A stretch of 64,000 nt of DNA, taken from Candidatus Ozemobacteraceae bacterium. Lineage in GTDB: Bacteria; Muiribacteriota; Ozemobacteria; Ozemobacterales; Ozemobacteraceae. Below, piece by piece: positions 47,532-56,933 of the stretch. The stretch spans positions 4,576,001 to 4,640,000 of the forward strand of contig OZ223236.1 in assembly GCA_965140445.1 (NCBI GenBank). The letters run 5' to 3'. Position numbers and translations under genes: made by a program. The notes beneath the pieces were generated by a model. The model searched no databases and was not told the origin of the DNA. It saw nothing but the letters and a program-made list of their open reading frames with translations. Numbering within the stretch: the stretch's first letter is position 1; every line of letters begins with the position of its first letter.

Positions 47532-49211
47532 ATGAGAAAGAAAAGTGTTTTATTTTTTGTAATAGTATCCTTAACAGCAATCATGTTCTCGCCCAGTTCT
47601 ATCGCAGCCGCCAAAAAAAAATCTGAAAAAAAGCCTAACTTCGCAACGCTCGAAATAAATGATGACTTTTATGACAAAGCCTGGAGAAATTTTCAGATAG
47701 GAAACGCTGATGATAGACAGAAAGTTATTTCTGCATTAAAAAAAATTATAAAAAAGGCTCCTGAAGAATTCATGGCCTACTATTACCTTGGAATCATGAG
47801 CAAAGAAGAAGGCAATGATTCTGCTGCTCTTAAATACCTGGAAACAGCCAAATTAGGATTTCCAAAATCTGCCGATGTAAACCGGAGAATAGCGGAAATT
47901 TTGTATTCAAAGGGCAAAGAAGAAGAAGCACTGGAATACTATAATCAAGCATTAGAACTAGACCCAATGGAACCAGACTCCTTGTGCCGAGTGGGAATAT
48001 TCGAACTGGAAAATGGAAACTATGACAAAGCACTAATTTTATTATCCCGTTCGAAGGAAAAGAAACCTGGAAACCCGGAAAATCTTATGGCATTAGCTTC
48101 TGTACAAATTGAAAAAAACCTTCTTAAAGATGCAATAGAAAATCTGGAACTCGTTCTAAGATTTGATGAAAAAGACGCAGAAGCCCATCTGTTAATGGCA
48201 AAGGCTTATGAAAAAAAGAATCAGCCAGATAAGGCTGCAGCTGAATTAAAGCTTGCAAAAAAATATGGCAAAAAAAACGAAGAACTCAAAGAGATAATTG
48301 GTTACGATTTTGCCAAGAATCTCTTTGATGCAGGAAAAGTGAAAGAAGCTATCTCTGAATACAAAAAACAAATTAAGAAGTCGGATGACCCTGGATTTGG
48401 CTACTACAAACTTGCTGACGCCTATGAGTATTCAGGAGATGAAAAAGAGGCTATAAAAAACTTCATCAAAGCCTATGAATACGATTCTTCATATGGTGAT
48501 GGCATTATGAAAGCTGCACAGATTTATGAAAAACAAGAAAATTGGGATAAAGCATATGAAATGTATTCGATGCTTAGCCGCGACAAAAAATTCAAAGATG
48601 AAGCAAAACTAAGAAAAAAAGATCTTGAACAAATGGCAGAAAATTCCCAGAAGCTTGAACTGGAAAAGCAGCTTAACTATTCTGATACAACAGATCATAA
48701 GCGCGTGGAAATTCTGGAAGAAATGTATTACCAGGACAAAAAAAATCCTGAAACTTTAAGAGCCTTATATGAGCATTATGAAAAAAATGGATACTACGAC
48801 GAGGCAATTAAATACTATAGAAAATATGCAAAAGTATCTTCAATTACCGGGTATGAATTAAAACAGACAGTTAAAGAAATGAGAGAGAAAATGAAGGCAG
48901 ACAACCTTGTTTTATATAATGACAAAAAGGCCTTGGATTATAAGTATTCTTCAGCTCGACCGGAAGACCTTGATAATATTGCATTTAACGGAGAAACTGA
49001 CAGACTAAAAGAAGAAGCTTTGCTTATTCTTCTTGCAAGAAAAGAAACAAAAAAAGAAAGAAAATATATGGAAGGACTATTGGAATTTTATGAGAGCAAA
49101 GGAAACTTAAAAGGAGCATTAAAGGCTGTCAGTATATTAAAGAGAAATGGTTTTTACACTTCTGGCGAAGCAAAAAGTAAGAGAGATGAACTAAAAAGTA
49201 GATTTAAATAA
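47532..49211 (+). CDS. Exported tetratricopeptide repeat protein
   Basis: RBS GGAGGA; signal peptide; many TPR units (AYYYLG, ALEYYNQALELDP, AEAHLLMAKAY). Confidence 0.88.
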   Translation: MRKKSVLFFVIVSLTAIMFSPSSIAAAKKKSEKKPNFATLEINDDFYDKAWRNFQIGNADDRQKVISALKKIIKKAPEEFMAYYYLGIMSKEEGNDSAALKYLETAKLGFPKSADVNRRIAEILYSKGKEEEALEYYNQALELDPMEPDSLCRVGIFELENGNYDKALILLSRSKEKKPGNPENLMALASVQIEKNLLKDAIENLELVLRFDEKDAEAHLLMAKAYEKKNQPDKAAAELKLAKKYGKKNEELKEIIGYDFAKNLFDAGKVKEAISEYKKQIKKSDDPGFGYYKLADAYEYSGDEKEAIKNFIKAYEYDSSYGDGIMKAAQIYEKQENWDKAYEMYSMLSRDKKFKDEAKLRKKDLEQMAENSQKLELEKQLNYSDTTDHKRVEILEEMYYQDKKNPETLRALYEHYEKNGYYDEAIKYYRKYAKVSSITGYELKQTVKEMREKMKADNLVLYNDKKALDYKYSSARPEDLDNIAFNGETDRLKEEALLILLARKETKKERKYMEGLLEFYESKGNLKGALKAVSILKRNGFYTSGEAKSKRDELKSRFK

Positions 49212-49229
49212 AAAACTACTTGATTTTTT

Positions 49230-49258
49230 TTGCAAAGTTTATCAAATTTCTTTATCAT
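49230..49258 (+). promoter_or_regulatory. Putative sigma70 promoter of pilin gene
   Basis: TTGCAA-17 nt-TATCAT. Confidence 0.5.
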
Positions 49259-49328
49259 GCTTCCGATAAGGAATCTGATTGAGACTAATTTTAGGATCTT
49301 GGTCACTAATTGGACTAAGGAGTAGGCT

Positions 49329-50177
49329 ATGAGACGCGGTTTTTCACTAATTGAATTGCTGGTAGTTGTGGCGATCATTGCGATACTGGTTGGTGTTGCA
49401 ACTCCATACTACGCAGACTATGTTAAAGACTCCAAAAGGACAAAAGCACTTCAGGATCTGGATGTGTTAAAGCAAGCTGTTGTTCTTTATAACTCGCAAG
49501 AAGATCTCCCTTACCAGGGAACTATTGCTACAACTTCACCATACTTACCAGTATTGGGAGAAGGTGATTATAATGGACTTCAGGGAAGATACCTTACCTA
49601 TATTCCAGTTGATCCATGGGGAAAGAACTACAAACTTGACCCTTATGGAGCGTTCGTATATAGCGAAGGACCGGACTCCAGAACTGTTAACGATGACATC
49701 CGAGACTATTATATAAAAGATCTTGCGATGGTTAAGGTTGAATGGGAAGACGGAAACAATAACAGGGTAATGGATACTAATGACCAACTCTATTTCCACT
49801 TCAACAAATCTGTTTGGGTTCAGGGCGGAATAAACTCTTCAGATTTTGATGTTTATGAAAATAACGAAGCCACCAATACTGTTTCCTTTGTTATTCAGAC
49901 AAACACCACCATAGACAATCCTGGATACACTGTAAACCAGGCTACAGAATCGGTTATTATCTGTCGCGTGGCTGCAGGAAACACTGTTAAGTTAGGTGTA
50001 CATTCTATCGCCTTTAAGGATGACCTTAATATTCTAAAAAAATACAGAGAGGTTATTGCTGATAGAGCACTTTCAACTCCTAGCAATCTGGTTACTTCAA
50101 CGGAACTTAATGCTGCAACTGGTGAGCCACTCAGGTATGCAGTAAGGACTAATCCAATAAAGATTGAGCCCAAATAG
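49329..50177 (+). CDS. Prepilin-type GspG-like (pseudo)pilin with long C-terminal extension
   Basis: MRRG-FSLIELLVVVAIIAIL class III signal; PVDPWGKNY, YSEGPD GspG motifs; about 150 extra residues. Confidence 0.85.
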   Translation: MRRGFSLIELLVVVAIIAILVGVATPYYADYVKDSKRTKALQDLDVLKQAVVLYNSQEDLPYQGTIATTSPYLPVLGEGDYNGLQGRYLTYIPVDPWGKNYKLDPYGAFVYSEGPDSRTVNDDIRDYYIKDLAMVKVEWEDGNNNRVMDTNDQLYFHFNKSVWVQGGINSSDFDVYENNEATNTVSFVIQTNTTIDNPGYTVNQATESVIICRVAAGNTVKLGVHSIAFKDDLNILKKYREVIADRALSTPSNLVTSTELNAATGEPLRYAVRTNPIKIEPK

Positions 50178-50197
50178 TTTAAAACCGCTTACTTTTA

Positions 50198-50244
50198 AAT
50201 AAAAAACCCGGCGATTGTTGCTAACAATCGCCGGGTTTTTTATT
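50198..50244. terminator. Bidirectional terminator between pilin and hemL
   Basis: 22-bp perfect inverted repeat AATAAAAAACCCGGCGATTGTT-GCT-AACAATCGCCGGGTTTTTTATT. Confidence 0.9.
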
Positions 50245-50247
50245 ATT

Positions 50248-51528
50248 TTAAAGATTCTTTAAAGCTATCTCAGCAGATTCAAGAGTCCTGGCAATATCTT
50301 CGTCAGTATGAGCCATAGAAACAAAAGCAGCCTCAAATTGTGACGGAGCCAAATAAACTCCCAGCCTTAACATTTCATTAAACCATTTGGAAAAAATATT
50401 TGTATCACATTTTGAAGCAGATTTAAAATCTATAACTTTTTGATCAGTAAAAAACAAAGTCATCATAGAACCAAATTTATTTGCTGTGTATGGTAGCCCT
50501 AGAGCACCCACTATTGAATTCAAACCTGAATAGAGATCGTTAGACCTCTGAATTAGTAAATCGTATAAATCAGGCCTATTAGAAAGCTTTTTCAAGGTCG
50601 CGGTACCTGCGGCAACTGCAATTGGATTTCCAGAAAGGGTACCGGCCTGATAAACTCCGCCTTCTGGAGCAATACATGCCATGATTTCTTTTTTGCCGCC
50701 ATAAACTGCCAACGGCATTCCCCCACCCACAATCTTTCCTAGACAAGTAAGATCGGGCTTAACGTTTTCAACCTTCTCAACTCCAAAGTAGCCCGCTCTG
50801 AACCCTGTCATTACCTCATCAAAAATAAGTAAAACCCCATTTTTGCTGCAAATTTCCCGAATTTTTTTTAAGTAGCCAGAAGCAGGATTCACAACTCCCA
50901 TATTTCCACAAACAGGCTCAACAATAATTCCAGCAACTTTTTCAGGAAAATTAGCCAAAATCCTTTCGATTGCAGGAATATCATTAAAAGGTACAACCGC
51001 TGTATTTTTTGCCACCTCATCTGGTATGCCAGGACAACCTGGTATTCCAAGAGTAGCTACGCCAGAGCCAGCAGAAACAAGTAAAGTGTCACTATGCCCG
51101 TGATATGCCCCATCACATTTAATAATAATCGATCGGCCTGTGAAACCGCGAGCAAGTCTAATTGCGGACATTGTAGCTTCTGTCCCTGAGCTGACAAAGC
51201 GCATTTTTTCCATTCCAGGAAAACCCTGCTGTATTAATTGAGCTAACTCAGATTCATATTCGGTTGGAGCACCAAAACTTAAACCGTTTTTGCAAGCTTT
51301 GACTACCGCTTCAATAACTTCAGGGTCTGAATGTCCTAAAATCATTGGTCCCCATGAACCCACATAATCAATAAACTCACGCCCCTCAATATCTGAAACC
51401 TTTGAACCTAAAGCCTTTCTGATAAATGGGGGATTCCCACCCACGGACCTAAAAGCCCTGACCGGGCTGTTTACTCCACCTGGGAAATAGTTACTGGCGG
51501 TCTGTAAAGCTGCTAGATTTGAGTTCAA
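50248..51528 (-). CDS. hemL: Glutamate-1-semialdehyde 2,1-aminomutase
   Basis: PGGVNSPVRAF, DYVGSWGP, SGTEATM, YHGH, FDEVMTGFR, GKIVGGG, YQAGTLSGNP, SQFEA. Confidence 0.97.
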   Translation of the reverse strand: MNSNLAALQTASNYFPGGVNSPVRAFRSVGGNPPFIRKALGSKVSDIEGREFIDYVGSWGPMILGHSDPEVIEAVVKACKNGLSFGAPTEYESELAQLIQQGFPGMEKMRFVSSGTEATMSAIRLARGFTGRSIIIKCDGAYHGHSDTLLVSAGSGVATLGIPGCPGIPDEVAKNTAVVPFNDIPAIERILANFPEKVAGIIVEPVCGNMGVVNPASGYLKKIREICSKNGVLLIFDEVMTGFRAGYFGVEKVENVKPDLTCLGKIVGGGMPLAVYGGKKEIMACIAPEGGVYQAGTLSGNPIAVAAGTATLKKLSNRPDLYDLLIQRSNDLYSGLNSIVGALGLPYTANKFGSMMTLFFTDQKVIDFKSASKCDTNIFSKWFNEMLRLGVYLAPSQFEAAFVSMAHTDEDIARTLESAEIALKNL

Positions 51529-52001
51529 TCTTCTTCCCCTTCGAAATAACGCATGGAAGTTTTTTTGAGTTCTTTTTCAGTCTTGTAAATTTTATAATTT
51601 TCAAGCTCGTATTTGGTCTTTAAATCATCAATAATGCCATTTAACTCTTCTGATGATTTAGCATGAATCATGGTAAATAGGTTAAGATTCCAGCCTTCGG
51701 GGCATTCTCTCTCATAACAATGAGAAATCTCTCTAAGCTCAGCCATTCCTTCCCCAACCTGCTCAATCCTATCTTCAGGAACCTGCCATGCCACAAGAGC
51801 ATTGGAAAAATGGCCTACTTTTTCTGGCCTTACAGCAACACCAATTCTTCTAATTAAGCCGCTTTCAAGTGAAAGCTTTAGCTGTTCAAGAACTTCTTCT
51901 TCGGTCCAATTAAGCTGATTCGCAATCCTTTTGAAAGGACGGCTTTCCAGCTTAAAGCCATTTTGTAACTCTTTTAGCAATTCTCGAAGTTTTGTTTCCA
52001 T
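51525..52001 (-). CDS. ahbB: Siroheme decarboxylase subunit beta (Lrp/AsnC-like)
   Basis: RPF..IA, NALVAW, ISHCYER, NLFTMIH, ELKKTSMRYF. Confidence 0.88.
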   Translation of the reverse strand: METKLRELLKELQNGFKLESRPFKRIANQLNWTEEEVLEQLKLSLESGLIRRIGVAVRPEKVGHFSNALVAWQVPEDRIEQVGEGMAELREISHCYERECPEGWNLNLFTMIHAKSSEELNGIIDDLKTKYELENYKIYKTEKELKKTSMRYFEGEED

Positions 52002-52010
52002 TTCTTCCTC

Positions 52011-52454
52011 CTATCCAAGATCAACTTTGACCTTGAAAAGCCTTCGAGATGGAAAAAGTAAAACTTCATCAATTCCAGTCTCTTCTTTGATCTGTTTGAC
52101 AATTTTCTTTTGCTCGTCAATTGTCTTAGCAATAATTGTAAACCACATATTTGGCTCACCTTCTCTGAGATAATTATGAGTTATCTCTGAGAAACGGCCA
52201 AGAATTTCAGCAACAAAATCAATCTTATCTTCAGGAACATTCATAGCAGCTAGTGCACCTTTGTATCCCATCTTTCTGCTATTAAAAAATGGGCCCAAAT
52301 GTCTTATTGTTCCGTCTTGAATCATCCTGGCTATTCTGGATATAACTGAGACCTGGTCCATCCACAATTTGTCTCCCAGAACTTTGTATGGCTCTGGATC
52401 CAAAGGAAATTTGCCCTGGAGAAGCTGCAGTATTTCTCGATCTTTTTCGTCCAT
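52011..52454 (-). CDS. ahbA: Siroheme decarboxylase subunit alpha
   Basis: LQGKFPL..EPY, GTIRHLG, ITHNYLR, NMWFT, FKVKV. Confidence 0.88.
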   Translation of the reverse strand: MDEKDREILQLLQGKFPLDPEPYKVLGDKLWMDQVSVISRIARMIQDGTIRHLGPFFNSRKMGYKGALAAMNVPEDKIDFVAEILGRFSEITHNYLREGEPNMWFTIIAKTIDEQKKIVKQIKEETGIDEVLLFPSRRLFKVKVDLG

Positions 52455-52520
52455 CAGGTTTCAACCTTCCTTTTAGTGTACATTTTATCTATTTTTTTTT
52501 GCGGAATATAAATATACTAA

Positions 52521-53546
52521 CTATTTCCCTAAATGGCCAGTGCTTAAGTCACAATTTGGATCTTCTGCCATAAAACTTCCATTAACAGCGTAAGCTCTGG
52601 CCCTGCATCCTCCGCACGCAACGTTGAATTTGCAGTTCCCACAACTACCTGTTAGCTTCTCTGGATTTCTCATTTCAATTAATTCAGGACTATGTTGGTA
52701 AATTTCGTCAAAGCTTTTTTCGCGAATGTTTCCCACAACCAGGTCAAAATATCCACAAGGCTTTACATCACCTTTATAGCTTACAAAAGCAAATCCCATC
52801 CCTGCCATACAGCTTCTTCCTCTAGCTCCTGCAGTTTTACCAATCTCAGCCCTGATTCTTGAGTATTGGGGTGCACATGTTACTTTAACTGGTATTTCCC
52901 AATCATCTGATTCAGTAGCAACATAACGCAAAACTTTTTCAATTTCTGCGGCTTTCAAGTCAATTTCCCCACTGCTTTGAGATGCCCGCCCTGTAGGTAC
53001 AATGAAAAATAAATGCCAGGCTGATGCCCCAAGTGAAATAACCCAATCCTTGAATTCTGCTAATCTATCAAAATTTGATGGCAAAATAGTGGTATTAATT
53101 TGAAATGACATCCCCATTTCTTTGATCTTTTGGAAGGAATCAAGCGCATACTGGAAGGCCCCGTCCTTCCTTACAAATTCATCGTGGGTTTTTCCGTCAA
53201 TTGAATGCATGCTGAAGCTAAAATGACAAATTCCAGCCTTTTTTAACGATTCCAATCGCGCATCAGTCAATAATTCCCCATCATTACACGAGACAACAGG
53301 CCTATGGCCAAGTTTTACTGCATATTCAGCAACTTCCTCCAGATCATCTCTGAGAAGAGGTTCCCCTCCGCTTAGAATAACGATAGCTGGCCCTATTTTA
53401 GCTGCATCTTCAAGCATTTTAAATGCTTCTGCTGTAGATAATTCATCAGAATCCCTGGAATCAACCGCTGCTGCTCTACAGTGAGGACATGCCAATGTAC
53501 ACGCTCTTGTTGTTTCCCATGCCATTACCCTTAATCTATTTTTCAT
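52521..53546 (-). CDS. ahbD: Radical SAM/SPASM heme b synthase (AdoMet-dependent)
   Basis: LRVMAWETTRACTLACPHCRA, WHLFFIVPTGRA, KVTCAPQY, CMAG, PCGY, CGNC...CGGCRARA. Confidence 0.87.
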   Translation of the reverse strand: MKNRLRVMAWETTRACTLACPHCRAAAVDSRDSDELSTAEAFKMLEDAAKIGPAIVILSGGEPLLRDDLEEVAEYAVKLGHRPVVSCNDGELLTDARLESLKKAGICHFSFSMHSIDGKTHDEFVRKDGAFQYALDSFQKIKEMGMSFQINTTILPSNFDRLAEFKDWVISLGASAWHLFFIVPTGRASQSSGEIDLKAAEIEKVLRYVATESDDWEIPVKVTCAPQYSRIRAEIGKTAGARGRSCMAGMGFAFVSYKGDVKPCGYFDLVVGNIREKSFDEIYQHSPELIEMRNPEKLTGSCGNCKFNVACGGCRARAYAVNGSFMAEDPNCDLSTGHLGK

Positions 53547-54532
53547 CAATTATTTTTCTCCAAAAGCCAGTTCACTACCTCAGGAGTAAAGTATGAAATA
53601 ATTAAATCAGCTCCGGCGCGCTTCATTGCAAATAAAGATTCAAGAACCACATCCTTTTCATTAATCCAGTTCTTTTCAGCAGCAGCTTTGATCATTGAGT
53701 ATTCTCCAGAAACCTGATAAACAGACAATGGACAGTCAAATTGCTCTCTGGCTTTTAAAAGAATATCCAGATAAGCAATTCCAGGCTTAACCATTAAAAT
53801 GTCAGCCCCTTCCTGCAAGTCAAATTCCATTTCGACAATAGCTTCACGAGAATTGGCAAAATTCATCTGATATCCACGTCTATCGCCTTTTCCCGGAGCA
53901 GAACCTGCAGCTTCCCTGAAAGGCCCATAAAATGCAGAAGCATATTTCGCCGAGTATGACATTATGGGAATATTTTCATAACCAGCCTTGTCCAACTCTC
54001 CCCGCATGTGCCCAATTCTTCCATCCATCATGTCAGAAGGAGCGATCATGTCAGCTCCAGCTTCAGCATGGGCGCAAGCCATTCTACTCAAATAAATTAA
54101 TGAGTCATCATTGCATACAACCCCATCTTCTAATGGAATTCCACAATGTCCGTGGTCTGTATAAGCGCAAAGACAAACATCTGTAATCAAATAGGCTTCT
54201 GGGACTGTTTTCTTAATTTCTTTAATAGCTTTTGCGATTACGGAGTTTGCAATCCAAGCTGAACTACCCTCTTTGTCTTTTTTAGAAGGAATTCCAAACA
54301 ATAAAAAAGATTTTACCCCATTCTCATAAAGCCCTTTTACGTGCTCTGCAATTTTGGAAACTGGCCATCGAAATTGCCCTGGCATAGCATTGATCTGTTC
54401 AGGAGAACTAAGCTCTTCTGCAATAAAAATTGGATAAATCAAATTTTCTGGATTTAAAACCACATCCTGAGTCATCTTACGGATTCTAGAGTCTATTCTT
54501 AAGCGCCTTGGGCGATGTACTGGGAAACTCAC
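53546..54532 (-). CDS. hemB: Porphobilinogen synthase (Zn-dependent)
   Basis: HRPRRLR, DVCLCAYTDHGHCG, APSDMMDGR, FYGPFREAA, MVKPG, YQVSGEY; GTG start 54532 after RBS GGAGGG. Confidence 0.97.
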   Translation of the reverse strand: MSFPVHRPRRLRIDSRIRKMTQDVVLNPENLIYPIFIAEELSSPEQINAMPGQFRWPVSKIAEHVKGLYENGVKSFLLFGIPSKKDKEGSSAWIANSVIAKAIKEIKKTVPEAYLITDVCLCAYTDHGHCGIPLEDGVVCNDDSLIYLSRMACAHAEAGADMIAPSDMMDGRIGHMRGELDKAGYENIPIMSYSAKYASAFYGPFREAAGSAPGKGDRRGYQMNFANSREAIVEMEFDLQEGADILMVKPGIAYLDILLKAREQFDCPLSVYQVSGEYSMIKAAAEKNWINEKDVVLESLFAMKRAGADLIISYFTPEVVNWLLEKNN

Positions 54533-54600
54533 TTTTGCCCTCCAAATATTTTTTAAAATTGTACCATTATTTTTCAATCTGTACCATTTTTTATAACAGA

Positions 54601-54629
54601 TTGACCCAAGCCCTAACATTGTGTACAAT
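54601..54629 (+). promoter_or_regulatory. Putative sigma70 promoter of 120-aa gene
   Basis: TTGACC-17 nt-TACAAT. Confidence 0.55.
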
Positions 54630-54660
54630 TAATATATAGATAGAAAAAAGGAATAAGCTT

Positions 54661-55023
54661 ATGAAAGCAAATTCGGTAAGCAATCAAGTCAATATAGCAC
54701 CAATCGTTCGACAACAAAAAGCGACTGTCGAAGCTGGGAAGCGAGCGAATCAAGCTGCAAATGCTATGACTGCAGCAAAACCTGAACAGAAAGCAAAAAC
54801 TGTTCCTAGATACATGCAAGCGCAGAAGTCAGCACAATCAGCACGTAGAGCAGAACAAAATACCAAGCTTGCAGTTGTAAAACAATCCACAAAACAAATG
54901 AATGTTCAAACCAAAATGAACGGAACCAAATCTAACAAATTGATGGTAGGTTTAATTGCCCCCCCTGGCACCAAGCCTTCGTCAATGCAGAAACTTGGCC
55001 AATTCATTGACAAACTGGCATAA
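54661..55023 (+). CDS. Small basic Ala/Gln/Lys-rich protein with YjfB-like C-terminus
   Basis: Own promoter, RBS AAGGA and terminator; ends KLGQFIDKLA. Confidence 0.65.
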   Translation: MKANSVSNQVNIAPIVRQQKATVEAGKRANQAANAMTAAKPEQKAKTVPRYMQAQKSAQSARRAEQNTKLAVVKQSTKQMNVQTKMNGTKSNKLMVGLIAPPGTKPSSMQKLGQFIDKLA

Positions 55024-55061
55024 AAAAAATCCCCCAAACTAAAAGTTTGGGGGATTTTTTT
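55023..55061. terminator. Bidirectional terminator
   Basis: A7-TCCCCCAAACT-AAA-AGTTTGGGGGA-T7. Confidence 0.88.
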
Positions 55062-55067
55062 ATTGTT

Positions 55068-56825
55068 TTAATCGTTAAAGAAAAGTTGCTCATCCTCAAG
55101 CTTCATTAAAGGCATAAGATCACTCTCTGAAGATTCATTTGATGAAACCGATTCAAACTTCATCAGTTCAATCTGGGGCTCATCACTTTCCAGATTGTCA
55201 TAACTTATTTGAATACTATCAGATTGGAGTTCAGGATCTTCCTCAATTATTGCAACTTCTGTGCTATTCATTGAAACATCTTCTGGGCCATTTTCCTTTT
55301 CATTAAAGAAAAAGTTTCCCCCAAGCTCTTCTTTGAGAATATTCATTTCTGACTGCATTAAACCACTCTGATCTATTTTCTCCTGATTCTCAGGGGTTTC
55401 TGAATATAATACTGTCGTTCTGGTTTGTGGGGCTCTGGCTTTTGCGACAACAACATTTTTAGATTCATCAGATCTACTTTTATTTTGCTTTCCGCCAAGA
55501 AGAAACAATGGCAGCTTTTCCTGTGATGCCGATTGAGCTTTCCTTGAAGCATATTCATTTCTGGTTTCAATGCTGACCAAAGGACTTGATGAGGATAAGC
55601 CTGTATTTTGCACCTGAGCCATTTCAGAGCGCATTGCTGCAATATCCTCTTTAACTCTTTGATATAAACCACTTACCTGGTTCAATGAATATGCTGAAAT
55701 CTGATTGTTTTCATTTCCACCATTTGATTCATTTTGACTAAACTTTAGAGCTTCAGAAGCCTTCGCCGTTAAACCCTGAACTAAGTGCGTAAATTGCTGA
55801 GAAGCATTTCTGACCTGGGAATCCCCAATACTTAGAGTATTGCTTATTCCTGTTAAAGTGTTTTTCAGAGTATTAAGTTGAATATAAATTTTTTCACGCG
55901 TAGGTGTAGGTAAGTTTACTAATGGAAACTGTTGAATCGCAAAGTGATCTGAGAACTTCAAAGTGTTTTTAACAATAGTTTTAACGGAAATTAAACCAGA
56001 ATTTAATTGCTCACAAGAACTTTGAATATTTAATAGAAGCCCTTTAAATGCCTCTGAATTTGATTGATTCTGCTTCATAAGTTGCTTGGAAGTCTGAACA
56101 AACATATCAAGAGCAGGAATTGAAAGTGAAGGAATCAGCTCTAAAGTTTCATACGATTTTGCACTTACGCTAATTAGATTTTCTGAGCCAATAAGAGCTC
56201 TCTTTACCTGCATCGATTGCTCAGAGTTTGCGGCAGCAAGTTCATTTATTGACCGGTCAAGATTATCAAGTGTTTCCCTGCTTGGGGAAGTTATGACCCT
56301 GGAAATATTTGATAAATATCCCTTAAGTTTTTGATTATTCGCACTAATCTGGTTTACTGCCACGGCAGAATTTTTTATGCTTTCTTTGTAAAGCTGGGTA
56401 TCAAGAACAAAAAGCTTTCTTGTTATATCTTTTAAACCTTTATCGTTACTTTTCCCAATAAAAGCTCTGCACATTAATTCCAGCTTTTTTTTAGAATCGC
56501 TCCAATGTGCTTGTGCAAACTTATAAGGATCAAGATTTCCGCCTTGAATTGCTGCATTAGGGATTCCCATATCTGATTCGTTCATTTGAATCATATTAGA
56601 ATCTTGAACCACAAACTTTGTTTGAGCTTTTCTACCAGAGTCTTTTTTCCCTGATAAACCAAACCAGTCTAGTGGATTTGCAAGCAATGCACTTGTAGAA
56701 AATGCCAGCAATGCAGCTGAACAAATAATGGCTTTGCCAAGTTTAGAAATTTTCCGCCTGGAATAACGGTTGAATTTGCCTTTTATACTCAGTTGTTTAT
56801 CTATCTGAGTTTCTCTTCTGGACAT
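55068..56825 (-). CDS. Hypothetical exported long helical/coiled-coil protein with acidic tail
   Basis: RBS GGAGGA before ATG 56825; long basic n-region followed by signal peptide (ALLA-NP); Ser/Asn/Gln-rich helical core. Confidence 0.65.
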   Translation of the reverse strand: MSRRETQIDKQLSIKGKFNRYSRRKISKLGKAIICSAALLAFSTSALLANPLDWFGLSGKKDSGRKAQTKFVVQDSNMIQMNESDMGIPNAAIQGGNLDPYKFAQAHWSDSKKKLELMCRAFIGKSNDKGLKDITRKLFVLDTQLYKESIKNSAVAVNQISANNQKLKGYLSNISRVITSPSRETLDNLDRSINELAAANSEQSMQVKRALIGSENLISVSAKSYETLELIPSLSIPALDMFVQTSKQLMKQNQSNSEAFKGLLLNIQSSCEQLNSGLISVKTIVKNTLKFSDHFAIQQFPLVNLPTPTREKIYIQLNTLKNTLTGISNTLSIGDSQVRNASQQFTHLVQGLTAKASEALKFSQNESNGGNENNQISAYSLNQVSGLYQRVKEDIAAMRSEMAQVQNTGLSSSSPLVSIETRNEYASRKAQSASQEKLPLFLLGGKQNKSRSDESKNVVVAKARAPQTRTTVLYSETPENQEKIDQSGLMQSEMNILKEELGGNFFFNEKENGPEDVSMNSTEVAIIEEDPELQSDSIQISYDNLESDEPQIELMKFESVSSNESSESDLMPLMKLEDEQLFFND

Positions 56826-56909
56826 GTTTCCTCCTGAAAGGACGCCTTTTTTCCTATATATCGTCAAAATTAGACTTTAGATTAAGAGGTAAACCAGTGA
56901 TTTTTCTTT

Positions 56910-56926
56910 GTTGATAACTTATCAAC
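56910..56926. promoter_or_regulatory. Perfect palindromic operator-like site in divergent promoter
   Basis: GTTGATAA-C-TTATCAAC just upstream of TATAAT (56930-56935). Confidence 0.5.
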
Positions 56927-56933
56927 GACTATA

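Noticed and set aside
51525..52454. Lrp/AsnC transcription regulators
   Set aside because: HxYxR motifs, the paired arrangement and heme-gene context identify them as AhbA/AhbB enzymes
53546..54628. N-terminal extensions in tracked ORFs (hemB 54628, cobA 23671, ahbC 25166, helicase 37603, lipoprotein 26807)
   Set aside because: Downstream starts match family N-termini, SD sites or stop/start overlaps; the longer starts are ORF-caller artefacts
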